A stretch of 63,778 bases of DNA, counting the filler, from Chiloscyllium plagiosum (lineage: Eukaryota): the NCBI RefSeq assembly GCF_004010195.1. It is 4 parts of one record of this genome, joined end to end, with 100 filler letters (N's around TTAATTAATTAA, not from the genome) between each part and the next. Parts side by side here need not be neighbours in the genome. Positions count along the whole stretch, not along the records: positions 39,047 to 56,290 come from NC_057714.1; 3 more parts are not named here. One strand, written 5' to 3'. Within the stretch, counting starts at the first letter, position 1. The number at the start of each line of letters is the position of its first letter. A program made the position numbers and the translations under genes. Below the pieces are notes generated by a model, which was given only the letters and a program-made list of their open reading frames with translations, was not told the origin of the DNA and searched no databases. This document shows, one piece after another, positions 38,947-50,989 of the stretch.

Positions 38947-39046
38947 NNNNNNNNNNNNNNNNNNNNNNNNNNNNNNNNNNNNNNNNNNNNTTAATTAATT
39001 AANNNNNNNNNNNNNNNNNNNNNNNNNNNNNNNNNNNNNNNNNNNN

Positions 39047-39470
39047 GCTGGGGCTGTTTTCCCTGGAGCGTCAGAGGCTGAGGGGTGACCTTATAGAGGT
39101 TTATAAAATCATGAGGGGCATGGATAGGATGAATAGACAAAGTCTTTTCCCTGGGGTCGGGGAGTCCAGAACTAGAGGGCATAGGTTTAGGGTGAGAGGG
39201 GAAAGATATAAAAGAGACCTAAGGGGCAACTTTTTCACGCAGAGGGTGGAACGTGTATGGAATGAGCTGCCAGAGGATGTGGTGGAGGCTGCTACAATTG
39301 CAACTTTTGAGGCATTTGGATAGGTATATGAATAGGAAGGGTTTGGAGGATTTTGGGTCAGATGCTGGCAGGTGAGACTAGATTGGGTTAGGATATCTGG
39401 TCGGCATGGACAGGTTGGACCGAAGGGTCTGTTTCCATACTGTACATCTCTATGACTCTGTATGACTCTA
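39047..39470 (+). mobile_element. Young CR1 LINE 3' end
   Basis: RGDLIEVYKIMRGMD...TRGH...WNELP and a (ctctatga) tail. Confidence 0.92.
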
Positions 39471-39474
39471 GGTG

Positions 39475-40172
39475 GAAGACTGTATTGATAGAGTTAGCAA
39501 CGCTTCATTCCTTTCTTAGATTAATCAATTGAAGAGGTACTGACAACATGAAAGGTTAAAGAAATATACGTTTTGTTACACTAAATGGCTTATACCAGTG
39601 TTGAGTGATGCGATTTGGATTAAAGAGGCTTTTAGTAATATGTAGGTTTTACCCAAAATTTGTGCATAATTTCAGCATCATAGTCTTTAACATATTTGCT
39701 AAAGAAACAAGTAGAAGTGGTGTGGTCAGCAGAATACCAATAAATCTTTGAGAAACTGTAGGCAGCCCTAATAAGCAAATGAACATTACCTGCCCTGATT
39801 TTTGCAGATTTTTCGGAATGCAAATTCATGTCGTGACTTCGGGCAGGGTGCAATCTTGTTACAGAATGATGTGTTGGGACTGGGGAAGCCAGTGGGGTAC
39901 TTCTCTGAGAAGCTAAGCCAGTATCTAAAGAACTTCTGTGCTGTAGAAGAAGAGACTTTGGGATTTTTATTTGCTCTTTCGTACTTTGAAGTCTATGTCT
40001 GGCATGGTAACAGAGAAACATTATTTTATGCTGATCATAACCTACTGGTGTTCATTGAAACGTTTGAAACTTAAAATGTGGGACTATTTAGATGGAGTCT
40101 TTTGTTTCAACCATTTCATGTTACATTGCTGGAAAAGATAATGGAATTGTGAATGCATTGTCCTGAATGTGA
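39475..40172 (+). mobile_element. Gypsy/Ty3 LTR retrotransposon pol relic (RT end and RNase H)
   Basis: DFGQGAILLQ...GKPVGYFSEKL...AVEEETLG...YFEVYV...YADHNLLVF...LFRWSL matches the Ty3/Gypsy RNase H pattern. Confidence 0.85.
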
Positions 40173-40240
40173 AATTTTGGAAAAGGTTAAGATTTATTGG
40201 TTAGGGAAATTATTGGAAAAGATTGTCAGGGACAAGAAGT

Positions 40241-40555
40241 GGGCGGCACGGTGGCACAGTGGTTAGCACTGCTGCCTCACAGCGCCAGAGACCCGAGTTC
40301 AATTCCCACCTCAGGGAACTGACTGTGTGGAGTTTGCACATTCTCCCCGTGTCTGCATGGGTTTCCTCCGAGTGCTCCGGTTTCCTCCCACAGTCCAAAG
40401 ATGTGCAGGTCAGGTGAATTACCATGCTAAATTGCCCGTAGTGTTAGGTAAGGGGTAAATGTAGGGGTATGGGTGGGTTGTGCTTCGGCGGGTCGGTGTG
40501 GACTTGTTGGGCCGAAGGGCCTGTTTCCACACTGTAAGTAATCTAAATCTAAATC
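40241..40555 (+). mobile_element. Full-length HE1/V-SINE
   Basis: tRNA head with A and B boxes, V-domain, LINE-like tail and (aatct) tail repeats. Confidence 0.92.
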
Positions 40556-40564
40556 AAACTATAA

Positions 40565-41655
40565 GTATTTATAAGCAAATGGTCTGATTAGCGATAAACA
40601 GCACAGTTTTGCAGGGGAAGGTTGTGTCTCACTAATTAGATAAAAATTTTTTGGGAAGGTGATGAAAATTATTGATGAGAGAAAAGCAGTTGATGTTGTC
40701 TACATGGATTTCAGTGAAGCCTTTGACAAGGTCCCTGTGGCAAACTGATACAAAAGGTGAAATCACATGGTATCGGGGTTAGCTGACAAGATCAATACAA
40801 AATCAGCTTAGTCATAGGAGACAGAGGGTACTGGTGGAAGGATGATTTTCGGAATGGAGGATTGTAACTAGTGGTGTTCCATAGGGATCAGTGCTGGGAT
40901 CTCTGCTGTTTGTGACTTACGTAAATGATTTGGAGGAAACTGTAGCTGGTCTATTTAGTAAGTTTGCAGATGATACAAAGATTGGTGGAATTGCAGATAG
41001 TGAGGAGGATTCTCCGAGGCAACAGCAGGATATAGATCAGTTGGAAGTGTGGGCAGAAAAATAGCAGATGGAGTTATGTGGCACGTTTATACAACTTTAG
41101 TTAGGTCACAGATGGAATATTGCATACAGTTCTGGTCACCACACTTCCAGAGGATGTGGATGTTTTAGAGAGAGTACAAAAAAGGTTTACCAGGATATTG
41201 CCTGGTATGGGGGATTTTAGCTGTGAAAAATGATCAGATAGACTAAGTTTGTTTTCACAAGAGTGCAGGAGGTTGAGGGGCGACCTAATAGAAGTTTATA
41301 AGATTGTAAATGGCATGGGTAGAGTGGAAAGTATGAGGCTTTTTCCTAGGGTGGAGAGATCAATTACTAGGCGACACATGTTCAAGATGCAAGGGGGGAG
41401 TTTAAAAGATATGTGCGAGGCATGTTTTTCACACAAAAGAGTGATGGTGAGTGCCTGGTATGCTCTGTCAAAGGATGTGGTGGAAGCAGACACAGTAGCA
41501 TCATTCAAGAAACACCTGGATGAGCATATGAATAAGATAGGAATGGGGGATATGGTTCCTGTAAGTGATAAAAGTTTTAATATTGAAGGGCAAAATGTAT
41601 CGACACAGGCCTGGAGAGCTGAAGGGCCTCTTCCTGCTGTATTGTTCTTTCTTTG
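40565..41655 (+). mobile_element. CR1 LINE RT to 3' end (decayed)
   Basis: VYMDFSEAFDKV, SGVP*GSVLG, KFADDTK and RLRGDLIEVYKI. Confidence 0.85.
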
Positions 41656-42879
41656 TTCTTTATTTGCTAAGATTGTATACGGTTGTGGGGTGTGGGGGCG
41701 TGGAATGGATGTATATCTTTGTTTTGTTGTTTGTGTATCACATTTCATGGTGAAACACATTTTTCAAATGGCTTTTCATCTTTATAAGTGTTCCTTGTTT
41801 ATTTTTCTGTAATTGGACTAAATTGGGAAAAGGACTATTCTAAAAACCAAGGATTGTTGAGGAAATTTTGAAAGTAGATTATCAGCATTCATCATAAGTG
41901 CATGTTAATACAATAGAAGGAGGTTACTGCTGACGGGTCATAGCTGGACATGTGTACAAAAGGAGATTTGGCTAGTGACGTGTAACTGATTGACCTGTGA
42001 AGTAGTGACCAGTTGTCAATGACAAAGGCCTTTTACCTGCCAACCTTTTACCTGTAATATGGGTGTGAACAATATGGTTAGAAACTTTCAACTTCCAGAA
42101 AGTTAATGGTGTCATTTTGTGACTCCAGAAATAGCAGGGCCTCATTTCCTGTATGCTGTTCGTAAACACCTCTGGAGCAGGTGGGACTTGAACCCAGGTC
42201 TTCAGGCTCAGAGGTAGGGATACTACGACTGTGCCACAAGAACTGTCACTTCATGTTTTATGTTTTTGCTAAGAAATTGGCGAGTTGCCAATTATGGGGG
42301 CTTATTGCATGACTAATGCTTTATTAATTGTCTGACTTACCTCATAAGCATTAGCTTCCTTTTGCTGGCTGAGAAGTGCCTCCGTGTTGCTCAGGACCAT
42401 TTAGCACAAGCCACGTGCATTCTTTATCCAAGAAATTGGCATGTGACATTTGCCAATCCCTTGTGACCACCATGGCACCTATTTGATCCACATGTGGCGT
42501 CTTAGGAAGACAGACTTGCACTGCTGGCTGCATCACTTTGGTGGAGGCGGCATGGAGACTTTGTGCACAGACATGCACCCAGCTGATGGATTGAACCGGA
42601 CTGCATTTCAGGCCTGCTCATTCGGTGCCTACCTGAATGCTTGCAGCATCCATGCCTTGTCTTGCCTTGTCAATTAGCACAGTCACACAACCAGGCAGTC
42701 TGTGCTGCTTTTCAGCAGTCCTCATTAAAGGTGTGGATATTTTGCTATTGTGCTAAATCCGTTTCATATCTGCATCATGTGTCAGCAGCTTACACAACAT
42801 ATGTGCAGCAAATAACCAGCCATATCTCAATGTTTTAGGCTAGTGGTCCTCTCTGAACTGCACGGAGGCATCTATCAAT

Positions 42880-44700
42880 CAGGAGATCTCGGCACAGTAA
42901 GTTAAGGACAGCTTCAGGTGCTATACAGAAGATTGGTCATGTTCAAATATCCATTCTGAGTGTTCTCAAACAGGGGTTTGTATCTCTGCAGTCCATGGAG
43001 TGGGTCATGGTCAGTCCAGTGGGTCCATAGTGACCAGTCCAGGGAGGGGGCTCATGTGGTCAAGAAGATTTCAGGGGGCTGCAGACTAGAGGAAAGAAGG
43101 GAATGATAAAAGAAGAGGGGAATAACAATATTTGTAAGGGATGAGGATGAGTAAAGCATTGTTGAGAAGGTGTTTTGCAGGAATATTTTGTCCATAGTTA
43201 GGAGTGCTGTGGCCTCAATGGAGACACAGTATATGACTGCAGCAGGCATAGTCAACTCAGAAGGAAGGGCCTAGGCAGGGTGCAAGATGGTTCATGTCGA
43301 CAAATTGGCTGGTGCAAAGCCTAAGGGGTTTGTGAGAAGGGTTACGAGGAAGTGGATTTGAATGTTCAGTGTCTCAATGACGTGGAGGCTACTGGCCAAA
43401 GAGACTTTGCAGTCACCTTCCATTGTGCTCGAAATCGAAGGTGCACAATATGAAAGAAAATAGTTGTGACCACAGTCTGGATGGATGGCTCAGTGATTGA
43501 CCTATGAGGGAGTGGGCTGTGAAACTCTCTGATATGAGGCCCATTAAATGCACAATACTTAATCCATAATTGCTGGTCACTGTAATGCATTGGCTTCCTG
43601 TGTGCTGAACACTTCCCTGTCCCAGACATCACTGGCTACTTTATTCACACCAAAACCTTTTGACGCAGAGGCTTTGGCAGGAATAAGGATGTTTATATAA
43701 TGATGGCCATTGGTATCATCAGGACCCATTTCCCTGTATGTCCTTTGTTCATCTTCCTTCCACATACTGCATCAGTCTTAATGACACATGGCACATCCTC
43801 TGTGGCCATGAGGTTATGCATCATGTTGACATAGTTACATTCAAGGCTACACAGAGAGACAGGCCTCTAGGGGAGACAGGCTTCTAGGGAAGCTGACCAT
43901 TTTACTTAGGAATGGTGGACATGCTGATGGTACCTGCAATTAAGAGATTGAGAGTGGGATTGATGTGAGAGTTGAAGTGGAATGAAGAATGGGATTTATT
44001 TGGTTGGCAGAACATGGTTGGTTTGGCATCACTGCAAGAGCATTCTATGACTTCTGAGAGGGCCAGGGTTCTTTTTCTATAAGGGCTGTGAAGTTTAATG
44101 CCAGGCACCCCTCCAACCATCCTGGTCCTTTCAGCTCCATTGCAGGCAATCTGGAATAGGAGGAAGGGAAAGAAAGTGAAAGGCACGGCTGGTTGTGATA
44201 GTGTAGATGGGAGAACGATGGTGAGGTGTTCTGAGGGAGTGAGGGGGCAGCGTGATTCCATGCACTTGGTGTGTGGGAGATTGGGGGAGCAAGTGTTGGA
44301 AGATGTTACAGGCAACTGTAAGCGTGGTAGAGCATGAATCTTAGTGGGAAATGGATGCAGTGAGTGTGAAGTAGCAGGGAGAAGAGTGCTGCTCTCATCC
44401 TGGTGGAGGAGAGAAGATAATTAATTTTCTAAAGGCAAAGCAGGTTGCACTGTCAGGATGGAACTGACCTGGGTAGTGACCTCCCATCAGGCTGCCAGGG
44501 TCTGACTTCAAGCGCCCCTCTGCTGATCCTCCAGGAAGAGGTCTCCTCTCCTTTACAGGACCTTCAGTTTCTCATCAGACATGCCACCTTTCCCTTCTCT
44601 GACAAAATGTCCTTGACAGAGCAGAGTAGCTTCGGTGCACAATGGCTTTTTAAGTATGACTTGGATGCCAGGGATGGTGGTCTTCTGGCTTTTATCCAAT
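42880..44700 (-). mobile_element. Highly decayed PIF/Harbinger-like DNA transposon (Myb/SANT-like ORF plus transposase remnants)
   Basis: Minus strand about 44400-44610: DEKLKVL*RRGDLFLEDQQRGA*SQTLAA*WEVTTQVS...CL*KINYLL (Myb/SANT-like). About 43400 downward: PVA/LHVIETLN and other faint HARBI1-like motifs after frameshifts. Confidence 0.45.
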
Positions 44701-45559
44701 GAGAGGTAAGTTGTTCTGGGAATGGCGTATGGTAAGATAGAGATAGAATCGTATGTGAGGGATGTCAGAGGAACAAGGTTGATAATTTATGAAAATATTA
44801 ATATTAAGCTGACAGATTGGACTTCTGACAGGTGACCAGAAAAGCCAGGCAACTGCAAAGCCGATTTGGCTTCATTCTTTCAAATGTACCTTCTGTGGAT
44901 TTATCTCTCCATGATAATATTGATAATTGTGATTTAATCCTTTTGGCGCCAATGTTCTGCTTTCACACTGAGAATGCTGTCCATCATGTTGTATGTCACC
45001 AGATCAATGTTAAATGGGATGAATTCAGAATAGATCTTAACTGGACATCCATGATGGGCTGTGATCCATCATCAATAGCGGAACTATATTCAGCCACAAT
45101 CTGCAATGTAGTGATCTGACATATCTCACGCTGTACCATTACCATCAAGCTAGCAGATGAATCTGGATTTACTGAGAAGTGTTTGAAAGTCTACAACAAA
45201 GCATGGCTGGAGAAACACAAGACATATCAAAAGTGTAGCAAAAACACATGACAACATTCTTGCTAAACAACAGAAACAAAATACCATACACAGAGCTATG
45301 TTGCCCAAAAGGTAACAATCATATTGGAGTTCTTGCCATATCCATTTGTGGACAATTACACAACTAATAGAAGGAGGAATATCCATAAACATTGCCACCC
45401 TAGATGATGGTGAAGCTCAACACAAGTGCGAAAGCCAAGGCCAGGGTAATTGGATTCCTCTCCAGCTTCACCTGTTCTCCCCCCTGACCCACAGCTGTGT
45501 CTGATCTCCCTTCCCACCCCCAGTCCATCCTTTTTCTCTCTCCACCCTGCAGCCATGCC

Positions 45560-47430
45560 AGTTCTGCACCTTTGCCATGCCCAATTGCTGTTCTGTCAGA
45601 GGGATCTGAGTGTCCTTGTGAATGAATCGCAGAAAGTGGGTATGCAGGTGCAGCATTGTAATAAGTAAATGTAATTTTGGCACTTATTGCAAAAGGACTG
45701 GATTATGAAAGTAAAGAAGTATTACATGGCTTTGTGCATGGGAAATCATGTCTCACAAACTTGATTGAGTTTTTTGAAGAAGTAACAAAGAGGATTGATG
45801 AGGGCAGAGCGGTAGACGTGATCTATATGGATATCAGTAAGGCGTTGGACAAGGTTCCCCATGGGAGACTGGTTAGCAAGATTAGATCTCATGGAATACA
45901 AAGAAAACTACCATTTGGATACAAACTAGGTCAAAGATAGAAGACAGAGGATGGTGATGGAGGGTTGTTTTTCAGACTGGAGGCCTGTGACCAGTGGAGT
46001 GCCACAAGGATCGGTGCTCGGTCTACTACTTTTTGTCATTTATATAAATGATTTGGGTATGAGCATAAGAGGTGTAGTTAGTAAGTTTGCAGATGACACC
46101 AAAATTGGAGGTACAGTGGACAGCGACAAAGGTTACCTCAGATTACAACAGGATCTTGATCAGATGGGCCAATGGGCTGAGAAGTGGCAGATGGAGTTTA
46201 ATTCAGATAAATGTGAGGTGCTGCATTTTGGGAAAGCAAATCTTAGCAGGACTTATACACTTAATGGTAAGGTCCTAGAGACTATTGCTGAACAAAGAGA
46301 CCTTGGAGTGTAGGTTCTTAGCTCCTTGAAAATAGAGATGCAGGTAAATAGGATAGTGAAGAAGGCATTTGGTATACTTTCCTTTATTGGTTGTGGCTGT
46401 ACAGGACATTGGTTAGGCCACCGTTGGAATATTGCATGCAGTTCTGGTCTCTTTCCTATCGGAAAGATGTTGCGAAACTTGAAAGGGTTCAGAAAAGATT
46501 TACAAGAATCTTGCCAGCATTGGATGATTTGAGCTATAGGGAGTGGTTGAAAAGGCTGGGGCTGTTTACCCTGGAGTTTCGGAGGCTGAAGGGTGACCTT
46601 TATAGAGGTTTATAAAGTCATGACGGGCATGGATAGGATAAGTAGACAAAGTCTTTTCCCTGAGATGGGGAGTCCCGATCTAGAGGACATAAGTTTAGGG
46701 TAAGAGAGGAAAGATATAAAAGAGACCTAAGGGGCAATGTTTTCATGCAGATGGTGTTCCGTTTATGGAATAAGCTGCCAGAGGAAGTGGTGGAGGCCTG
46801 TACAATTGCAACATTTGAAAGGCATCTGGATGGTGTATGAATAGGAAGAGTTTAGAGGGATATGGGCCGGGTGCTGGCAGGTGGGACTAGATTGGGTTGG
46901 GATATCTGGTCGGCATGGACAAGTTGGACTGAAGGGTCTGTTTCCATGCTGTACATCTCTATGACTCTATGACTCTATTGTTAAAATTATGAAAGGTGTT
47001 GGTGAGGCTACAGCTGGAGTATTCCTGATGAAGGGCTTTTGCCCGAAACGTCGATTTCGAACTCCTTGGATGCTGCCTGAACTGCTGTGCTCTTCCAGCA
47101 CCACTAATCCAAAAGCTGGAGTATTATGTCCAGTTTTGGTCGCCTTACTTGAGGAGTGATGTGGTGACCTTGGAGGCAGTTCAGAGGAGATTCATCAGAT
47201 TCATTGCAAAGATAAAATGACGGTTGCATGAAGAGCTGTTGAATAGCTTGGGCTTGGACTTGCTGGAGTTCAGAAGAACGAGTGAGTATCTGATTGTGGT
47301 ATATAAAATGCTAAAGGGGATTGATAAGATGGATGTTGAACAAATGTTCCCCCCTTGTGGGACAGTAACAAACAAGAGGTCATAGCTTATAGAGTGACAG
47401 GAGGTAGGTTCAAAACTGAGATGAGGAGAA
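45560..47430 (+). mobile_element. Young CR1 (45726-46976) nested in an older CR1, plus a mini-PLE at 47024-47113
   Basis: ORFs 45677..46615 carry the RT motifs; (ctctatga)n tail at about 46956-46976. Confidence 0.9.
47025..47052 (+). ncRNA. Minimal type I hammerhead ribozyme motif (intact core)
   Basis: CTGATGA-A-GGGC-TTTT-GCCC-GAAA-CGTC with helix III palindrome ACGT and cleavage triplet GUC. Activity is untested. Confidence 0.7.
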
Positions 47431-47431
47431 A

Positions 47432-48010
47432 TTAGTGATTTTTGAGAAGATTTGTAGCTCAGGTTGAGGTTCTGGATGTAAATTTGCTCGCTTAGCTAGA
47501 AGGTTCATTTTTAGACATTTCGTCGCCATACTAGGTAACATCATCAGCGAGCCTCCTGTGAAACTGTGTCCCCCTTTTTGTTTATGTGTCTTGGTTTCTT
47601 AGGGTGGGTGATATCATTTCCGGTTCTTTTTCTCAGAGGATGGTAGATGGGGTACAAATAGATGTGTTTATTGATGGAGTTTCAATTAGAATGCTACGCT
47701 TCTAGGAATTCTCGTGTGTGTCTCTATTTAGCTTGTCCTAGGATGGATGTGTTGACCCAGTGAAAGTGAAGTCCTTCTTTGTCTGTATGTAACAATATTA
47801 ATGATAGTGGGTCGTGCCTTTTTGTGGCTAGTTGATGTTCATGTATCCTGATGGCTAGTTTTCTGTCTGTCTGACCAATACCAGTCCTTGCATGGTATTT
47901 TGTAAATGACATTTGTTTTGCTGGTTGTTTGTACAGGGTCATTTAGGTGCATTAGCCACTGTTTAAGTGTGTTGGTAGGTTTGTGAGCTGCCATGATGCC
48001 AAGAGGTCCG
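47432..48010 (-). mobile_element. Penelope-like element 3' end (GIY-YIG) with a hammerhead motif at 47514-47547
   Basis: NVIYKIPCKD / IGQTDRKLAIRIHEHQLATKRHDPLS; CTGATGA-TGTTACC-TAGTAT-GGCGAC-GAAA on the minus strand. Confidence 0.88.
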
Positions 48011-48045
48011 TTTGGTCTCATTTCAAAAATGTCTTTGATGTCTTT

Positions 48046-48336
48046 GGGTGCAGTGGCTCAGTGGTTAGCACTGCTACCTCACAATACCAGGATCCCAGGT
48101 TCAGTTCCAGCCTTGGGTGACTGTGTGGAGTTTGCGCATTCTCCCCGTGTCTGCGTGGGTTTCCCCGGGTCTCCGGTTCCCTCCCACAGTCCAAAGATGT
48201 GCAGGTTAGGTGAATTGGCCATGCTAAATTGCCCATAGTATTAGGTGCATTCGTTAGGGTGGGTTACTCTTTGGAGTGTCGGTGTGGATTTGTTAGGTTG
48301 AAGGGCCTGTTTCCACACTGTAAGGAATCTAATCTA
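48046..48336 (+). mobile_element. HE1/V-SINE
   Basis: Head, V-domain and tail as in 40241-40555. Confidence 0.88.
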
Positions 48337-48339
48337 AGG

Positions 48340-49572
48340 TAATGTGGCTAGAGTTTCTGGGCACGTTGTGTCTGCTTGTTTGGGTTCACACATACACTTT
48401 ACCAAGCTTTCACACACGCAAATACACATCTCTCACGTGCACTCACACTCACATGCACACATTGACATGCACATACTCTCTCTCATACATATAAGTATGT
48501 GGGGTGAATTTGTATTTGCAGAATTATATTTGCAGATACATTGTGCATTTTTGAGCAAAATACAATCTGTGGGCAGTCAATACATGTAAACATATAATAT
48601 TTCATAAATTCTACTTTGGAAATAGAACCAGTCTGACTCAAGATTGGGATACAGCCAAACTCTAATCTCATACTTTTCATGCATTGTCTGAGCTGAGATG
48701 TTACCTTTTGTTATAAAACCTTAAGTTATCTCAAGAAGGTGACTGAAAACTCTGGTGCGGCCGCACTTGGAGTATTGTGTACAGTTCTGGTCACCGCATT
48801 ATAAGAACGATGTGGAAGCTTTGGAAAGGGTGCAGAGGAGATTTACTAGGGTGTTGCCTGGTATGGAGGGAAGGTCTTACGAGGAAAGGCTGAGGGACTT
48901 GAGGTTGTTGTCGTTAGAGAGAAGAAGGTTGAGAGGTGATTTAATAGAGACATATAAGATAATCAGAGGGTTAGATAGGGTGGACAGAGAGAGCCTTTTT
49001 CCAAATATGGTGACGGCGAGCACGAGGGGGGCATAGTTTTAAATTGAGGGGTGATAGATATAGAACAAATGTTAGAGGTAGTTTCTTTACTCAGAGAGTA
49101 GTAAGGGCATGGAATGCTTTGCCTGCAATGGTAGTAGATTCGCCAACTTTAAGTACATTTAAGTCGTCATTGGACAAGCATATGGACGTACATGGAATAG
49201 TGTAGGTTAGGTGGGCTTCAGATTGGTATGACAGGTCGGCGCAACATTGAGGGCCGAACGGCCTGTACTGCGCTGAAATGTTCTATGTTCAATGTTCTAT
49301 GAAAAGAAATTCTGGGATTTACGATTCAATGAACTGAAACATTCTAAAAGATGAAAGACTTAACAGCAATCTAGGTTTGTTCAATATATCATTTTAATTG
49401 CATGACACTGTGATCTTTTGCTATAAATTCTGTGTCTCATAATCCTGCTCCACTAGTTACCTGATGAAGGAGCAGTGCTCTGAAAGCTAGTATTTCCAAA
49501 TAAACCTGTTGTACTATAACCTGGTGTTGTGATTTTTAACTTTTGTCCACCCCAGTCCAACACTGGCGCCTG
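48340..49572 (+). mobile_element. PLE 3' end/pLTR (family of 8665-10495), split by a CR1 3' fragment (48751-49300); hammerhead motif at 49461-49489
   Basis: Colinear with 9900-10490 on both sides of the CR1. Short TGAAAA duplication at the CR1 borders; CTGATGA-A-GGAGC-AGT-GCTCT-GAAA-GCTA. Confidence 0.85.
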
Positions 49573-50989
49573 CATCTTATACATTATGGCACTCCAAGTG
49601 TGTATCAAAGTATTCTTTTAAATGACATGAGAATTCCCTCCCTACTAAATTTTCAGGCAATTCCAGATCTTCCACCATCCTCATGTCTACCATCCTCAAA
49701 GTTATCACATCTTTCCTATACTACAGGGATGATATCTGCAGGTAGTATTCTAGCTATGGCCAACTCATGCTTTATACAGTTCCAACATAACTACTTTTGA
49801 GCTCTTCTCTTAGTCATTTAGTTATTGTCACTTGTGTTTTTGACAAAAAATATTGTGTAAAGTGTTTAGTGCAATGCCACAGTGCCTATATTAATAACAG
49901 AAGGTAAAGATAAGAAAAAAAAATTAAGACCAATTAGTTAAATTCATGACTCCTGAGTTTGGGAAGGACGGTACCACTGCAAAACCGCCATGCTGGGCTG
50001 GTGGAATACCAGGCCAGAAGCCACTGCTGAAGCAGGCCAACCGCACCGGGCTGCTGGACTCCCAGGGCACAAGACTCCGCGAAGCCCCCCAAGGTACAAT
50101 CTTGTTGCCGGTCACTGATCCTGGGAAAGAGGATGTTGCAAAAGCTACTCAAAAGAATCCTGGGCCATGTCACCGAAGATGCTGAAGCAGATCACCACTG
50201 GATGTGACTGCAGTGATAATGAGGAGCTGCCATCTCTGCAGCAGCAGCCACCCAAAACCTCCATCCTCAACCTCATTGTTGCCTCCTGCAATACCAAGTC
50301 CTCATCCTCACCCCACTGCAAGCTGCCTCCTCGACATCAGAGTCATGCTTGGGGTTAACCAGCCGCGTCGCTAATATCCATCAGAATCCCACTCCAGGCT
50401 CGTCAGCTGCCACCATGCTCCGGACCCTGACGAAGGTTGACTTCCTCTTGCCTTCTGACAAAAAAATAAGAAAGATGAAAACATAAAGTGGAAAATCACT
50501 GCCACTATCTTGTAATTTGGAAATGCTGGAGTATTCAGTGTGTTCAATGCCCGAATGTTACCTTAGATCCTGAAGGCTTTTACTTTCATTATTTGTCTGC
50601 TTTATGGGACCTGTAATGATAATGTAAGCAAGGCCTGTGGATATTCAACTTCTGTTGTCTGGTAATATCTGAGATCTTAATGGACGAAAGTGATTTTTAA
50701 ACTCAGTGAGTGAGATCTCATTAAAAAAAACTAGACGTGCAGCTTGCTACTTGCATCAGTAGGGTGCTCAGTGTCTTTGTAGCAGTAATACAATGGTAGT
50801 TGCTGGTGCAGCCTGAGGTGCACTATTAAAGTGCATTCTAAATGGATCAGAGATTTATCAGGAGGGGTCTTAGAGGCTGGTATATAGCAGATTCCAGTGT
50901 CTATGTACATGGAGTGCAAATGGTCGGTGGCCATGGAGTGTGGTGTATAACTGAACATATTTATTTATTATTTAACTAACTGGAGGAGG

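Noticed and set aside
40241..40312. tRNA-like sequences with A and B boxes (several copies)
   Set aside because: SINE heads continuing into a V-domain or tail; not tRNA genes.
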